Assembly: GCA_964408215.1 (NCBI GenBank) | Contig: CAYOYQ010000001.1 | Coordinates: forward strand, 4,059 to 68,058 | Direction: 5' to 3' | Source of the DNA: an uncultured Eubacteriales bacterium | GTDB lineage: Bacteria; Acidobacteriota; Aminicenantia; Aminicenantales; Saccharicenantaceae | DNA length: 64,000 bases | Part shown: positions 61,173 through 64,000 of the stretch, one piece after another | Layout of the letters: each line of letters begins with the position of its first letter | Numbering within the stretch: the stretch's first letter is position 1 | The notes under the pieces: model-generated | The model's input: only the letters and a program-made list of their open reading frames with translations | The model's database searches: none | Told to the model about the DNA's origin: nothing | Made by a program: the position numbers and the translations under genes

Positions 61173-62666
61173 TCATTTCCGTTCCGGAAGCTCCAGATTC
61201 CAGCTGAAGCTCGTCCCGGGATCGTTTCCCTGGTTGCTGCGATGGCCGGGCCAGCCGGCGCGCTCTCCGGCGGGAGCGGCGTAGGAGCCCCGGATGCCCC
61301 CGCCGCCGGCCGTTCCCCCCAGGAGATCGGGAAGGGTCTCGACGGCGATGGCCCAGGCGCCGCCTTCCCGCTTCTCCGGGCCGCGTAAGCCGATCTCGAG
61401 TTGATAGCCGCCCGACTTGCGGTCGACGACGAGCCTGACGGACACGCTGTCCTCGGGCCCGAAGGCGCCGCTGTCTTCGACCTTTTCGCAGAGGGCGTCG
61501 GCCTTCCGGCCGTTGATGAACGCGTCGTTGCTGTAGCTGTAGGAGTAAGTCGCCGCGGCCGACTCGGACCTATAGTAATCCTTGTCCTTGTAGCTGTTCG
61601 TGTACTTGAGCGAGACCCGGACGGTGGCCTCTTCCGTCAAGCTCCCCTTGTAGGCTACGGACCCCGCCCGGTTGGACACTGTGTCGTCCCAGGAAATCGT
61701 CCGGCGATAGACGATGGTCCCGGGGGCGGCGCCGCAGTGGACCGTGAGCCGGACTTCCCCGATCTTGCGCCCGGCGGCGGTCCGGGAGAGAGGCTGGCGG
61801 TCCGGACGTACGATGTCGCAGGAGCCGTAGACGGCGACGATGTCCTCGACGCCGGCCGTTTCCCGGCTGGGCGCCCGGTAGCGAAGCTCGACCAGCCCGT
61901 CGCCGACGAGGAAGGCGCGGGCCTTCGGCCGGCCTTCGACGGCCTCTCCCCCGAGGATCTCGCCCTTCTCCGCTTCGACCACGATCCGGTTGAAGGGCTT
62001 CGGCTCCCGGGAGCGCTCGTCCCGGAAGGCCGCCAGAATGAGGTCGGTCGTCTCGCCGCAGGCCAGGTCCTTCTTCGCCGGGTGGACATCGCAGGCGACG
62101 GGACGGCGCTCGAAGTCGCGGAGCAGCGCCTCCATCGGTCCGGCCGCTCTCAGCACGGCGTCCTCGTTCTTGAACATCCGGTTCGTGCAGGAGGTGTAGG
62201 AGTTGACCGGGCTCGTCACCGACCAGGCCGCGACGGGCTCGCGGGCCTCGCCGTCGTAGAACAGGCCGATCGTCAGCCGGCTCATCACGGTCCCGCCGTC
62301 CCCGTCTTTCGTGTTCAGGTTCTCTTCGTACCTCCCGGTGAAGACATATTCGGGCGGCCTGGCCCCGGAGCCGAATCCGGCGATGTCCCGTCCCCACTCC
62401 GACGCGTCTGAGCGGACGAGATGGAAGCAGGGCGAGGTCAGGAGCTCGGCCAGCCGGGACGAAAGCGATTCCCGGAGCGCGACGCCGGTCGCCCCGGCGT
62501 CGGCGTCGCCGACATAAGCCTGACGTGCGCAGCCCTCACAGCCGGGCCGAGCGGCCTGGCGGGCGCCCCCGGAGCGGACGCCGGAAAGAAGCAGTCCCGA
62601 AACGCAGGCCAAACCCGCGGCCCAGCGGGCGGGGGAAGGCCATCGGGCCCCAAGTCGCGTCGGCAT
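61173..62666 (-). CDS. Hypothetical exported protein
   Basis: The ORF is open to 62690 (TTG). ATG at 62666 is preferred (GGAGGAAGGG directly upstream; MPTRLGARW...GLACVSGLLLSG). No family recognised. Confidence 0.55.
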   Translation of the reverse strand: MPTRLGARWPSPARWAAGLACVSGLLLSGVRSGGARQAARPGCEGCARQAYVGDADAGATGVALRESLSSRLAELLTSPCFHLVRSDASEWGRDIAGFGSGARPPEYVFTGRYEENLNTKDGDGGTVMSRLTIGLFYDGEAREPVAAWSVTSPVNSYTSCTNRMFKNEDAVLRAAGPMEALLRDFERRPVACDVHPAKKDLACGETTDLILAAFRDERSREPKPFNRIVVEAEKGEILGGEAVEGRPKARAFLVGDGLVELRYRAPSRETAGVEDIVAVYGSCDIVRPDRQPLSRTAAGRKIGEVRLTVHCGAAPGTIVYRRTISWDDTVSNRAGSVAYKGSLTEEATVRVSLKYTNSYKDKDYYRSESAAATYSYSYSNDAFINGRKADALCEKVEDSGAFGPEDSVSVRLVVDRKSGGYQLEIGLRGPEKREGGAWAIAVETLPDLLGGTAGGGGIRGSYAAPAGERAGWPGHRSNQGNDPGTSFSWNLELPERK

Positions 62667-62686
62667 CCCTTCCTCCATATTCTTTG

Positions 62687-64000
62687 TCAAAAGAACGTCG
62701 GCGTGGAGTTCAGCCCGATCCGGAAGCCCGCGGAAGCGCCGCCGAGGTCGGTCGTCAGGGCCTCCCCGAGCTTCATGCCCACAGAGGCTTTGGCCTCGAG
62801 CCCGATATCCGTCATCGATTCCCCGTCAAAGCTGAGGACGAGCCCGGCCCTGGCGGACGTTCCGGCCGAGACCAGCTTTCCGGCCTCGAGGCCGGCCTCA
62901 GCGCCGATGAAGAGCGTTCCTGTCTTCTCGACGAAGTTCCATTCGAGCTCCACGGCGGCGATGCCGATATCGCCGCCGACGGTCACAGTGGTGCAGTCGA
63001 TGTGGAAAGAGACGACGGCGAGATCGAGCCCGAGTCCCGGGAAGGTGCACGGCACCTTGAAGTCCTCGAGGCGCAGCTCGCCCTCGATCGACTGGGCGGG
63101 CGGCGGCGTCTTCAGGCAGCTCTCATGAGGGGCCAGCGCGGAGAACATGAAGAGCATCTGGTCGACGATCTGCGAGTAGTTCGCCAGGACGGCTCCTCTG
63201 GCACTGATCCTGGTCCGGGCCGCTTCCTCCTGGTCGGCGATGAAGCTGGCCCAGTGATTCACGGTCCGATGATAGGCCAGGGCCGCGGCCTCCCAGGCCG
63301 GAGCGAACTGGGCGTAGGCTTCGGAGACGGCGAGAGCTTCGCCGTCGAAGGTCTGGGCGTGCCGGGCGCAGGCGCGGCGCTTGACCTCCTCGAGGCAGAG
63401 GCCGCGGAGCTTCGGCTCGAGCGTCCGGCACCTTTCTTCCTCGGCCAGCCCGGCCTTTTCGAGCTCGCCGCGTTTCCTCACAGCCTCCATCCAGCGGGCA
63501 TGGATGTCGCCGACGAAACGTTCCCGCGATTTGCTGAGACGCTCGAGCCAGAGCTCGGCGCCGCGCAGCCCTCGCTTCGCCTTGTCGGGTGTCAGCCGGA
63601 GGACCCGCGCGCCGGATGCCGGGGCCGCGGCTGTCGCGGCCCCCCCGGAGGGCCGCGCTTGCGGGCCGATCGGCAGGAGCCGCCGGAGCTCCTCGTTCAA
63701 AGTCATGGCCCAAGCGGCTTTCATTTTGCCTTCCGTCTCCAGCGCCCGTCGGGCCGCGATGCACTCGGCGCTGTTGCCCGCCTGGACCATCGGCAGGCGG
63801 ACCGAGGCCTCCTTCCCGGCCTCGGCGGCCAGGAAAGGGACCGGCGGCTGCGCCCCGGGAGCCTCGGCTTTGGCCGAGCCGCTCCGGCGCAGGGCGCGGT
63901 CCACGTCTTTGAGGGCTTCGGCCGCGGCCGCCGTATAGGAGCTGTCGAGAGAGGCGTCGAGGTGTCGTCGGGCCGCCGCGAGATCGTTCCTCCGGCGGGC
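62687..64000 (-). CDS. Hypothetical protein, helical N-part and Gly/Ala-rich strand-like C-part ending in FF; the 5' end is undefined and may lie beyond the window
   Basis: The frame has no stop from 62690 to 64000 (checked codon by codon for 63905-64000). Internal candidate starts are GTG at 63904 and the ATGs of MVQAGN and MKAAWA. The protein ends ...GFRIGLNSTPTFF. Confidence 0.5.
   Translation of the reverse strand, partial: ARRRNDLAAARRHLDASLDSSYTAAAAEALKDVDRALRRSGSAKAEAPGAQPPVPFLAAEAGKEASVRLPMVQAGNSAECIAARRALETEGKMKAAWAMTLNEELRRLLPIGPQARPSGGAATAAAPASGARVLRLTPDKAKRGLRGAELWLERLSKSRERFVGDIHARWMEAVRKRGELEKAGLAEEERCRTLEPKLRGLCLEEVKRRACARHAQTFDGEALAVSEAYAQFAPAWEAAALAYHRTVNHWASFIADQEEAARTRISARGAVLANYSQIVDQMLFMFSALAPHESCLKTPPPAQSIEGELRLEDFKVPCTFPGLGLDLAVVSFHIDCTTVTVGGDIGIAAVELEWNFVEKTGTLFIGAEAGLEAGKLVSAGTSARAGLVLSFDGESMTDIGLEAKASVGMKLGEALTTDLGGASAGFRIGLNSTPTFF

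Overview
High-GC bacterial chromosomal segment (by eye about two-thirds G+C), densely coding on both strands. I can support about 47 protein genes. I recognised no rRNA, tRNA, CRISPR array, integrase or transposase.

Families recognised from motifs:
- Selenium and peptidases: a SelD fusion, DPP-IV (S9B), a Memo-like protein and a DSD1-type PLP enzyme.
- A coupled sugar-salvage-like operon: SSS transporter, DUF1080-Gfo/Idh/MocA fusion and nucleotidyltransferase-GHMP kinase fusion.
- An MBL hydrolase and two sulfatase-fold/TPR paralogues that bracket a pentahaem cytochrome c plus cytochrome b pair.
- GH127, a mini-asparaginase, a SPOR-NlpC/P60 lipoprotein, a RelE/ParE toxin-antitoxin pair, a BNR propeller and dcd.
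- An O-methyltransferase, an FGE-like protein, DUF362, a GH29 fucosidase, a GPP34-like protein, a non-Pyl MttB-family protein and an OmpA-like protein.

A large share of the window is four tight clusters of large secreted or lipoprotein genes that I cannot assign to a named family: 30.0-37.4 kb (+), 37.4-42.7 kb (-), 45.1-51.1 kb (+) and 59.3-64.0 kb (-).

My best candidates for an undescribed system:
- The 37.4-42.7 kb pair: a giant propeller-tailed, strand-rich secreted protein plus a HEAT-repeat lipoprotein.
- The 45.1-51.1 kb triad: an Ig-like secreted protein, a Cys-less transglutaminase-like lipoprotein and a PPC/toroid/VWA protein.
- The OmpA-linked 59.3-64.0 kb operon.

Other concrete oddities:
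- A 49-bp imperfect direct repeat brackets dcd.
- An abrupt low-GC patch at 33.48-34.08 kb covers the last domain of one gene.
- The sulfatase-fold paralogues carry Thr/His where Cys(Ser)/Arg is expected, and share near-identical nucleotide tracts.
- SelD is a three-part fusion.

All functional calls are by-eye motif recognition; no searches were run. Taxonomy cannot be determined from the sequence alone.
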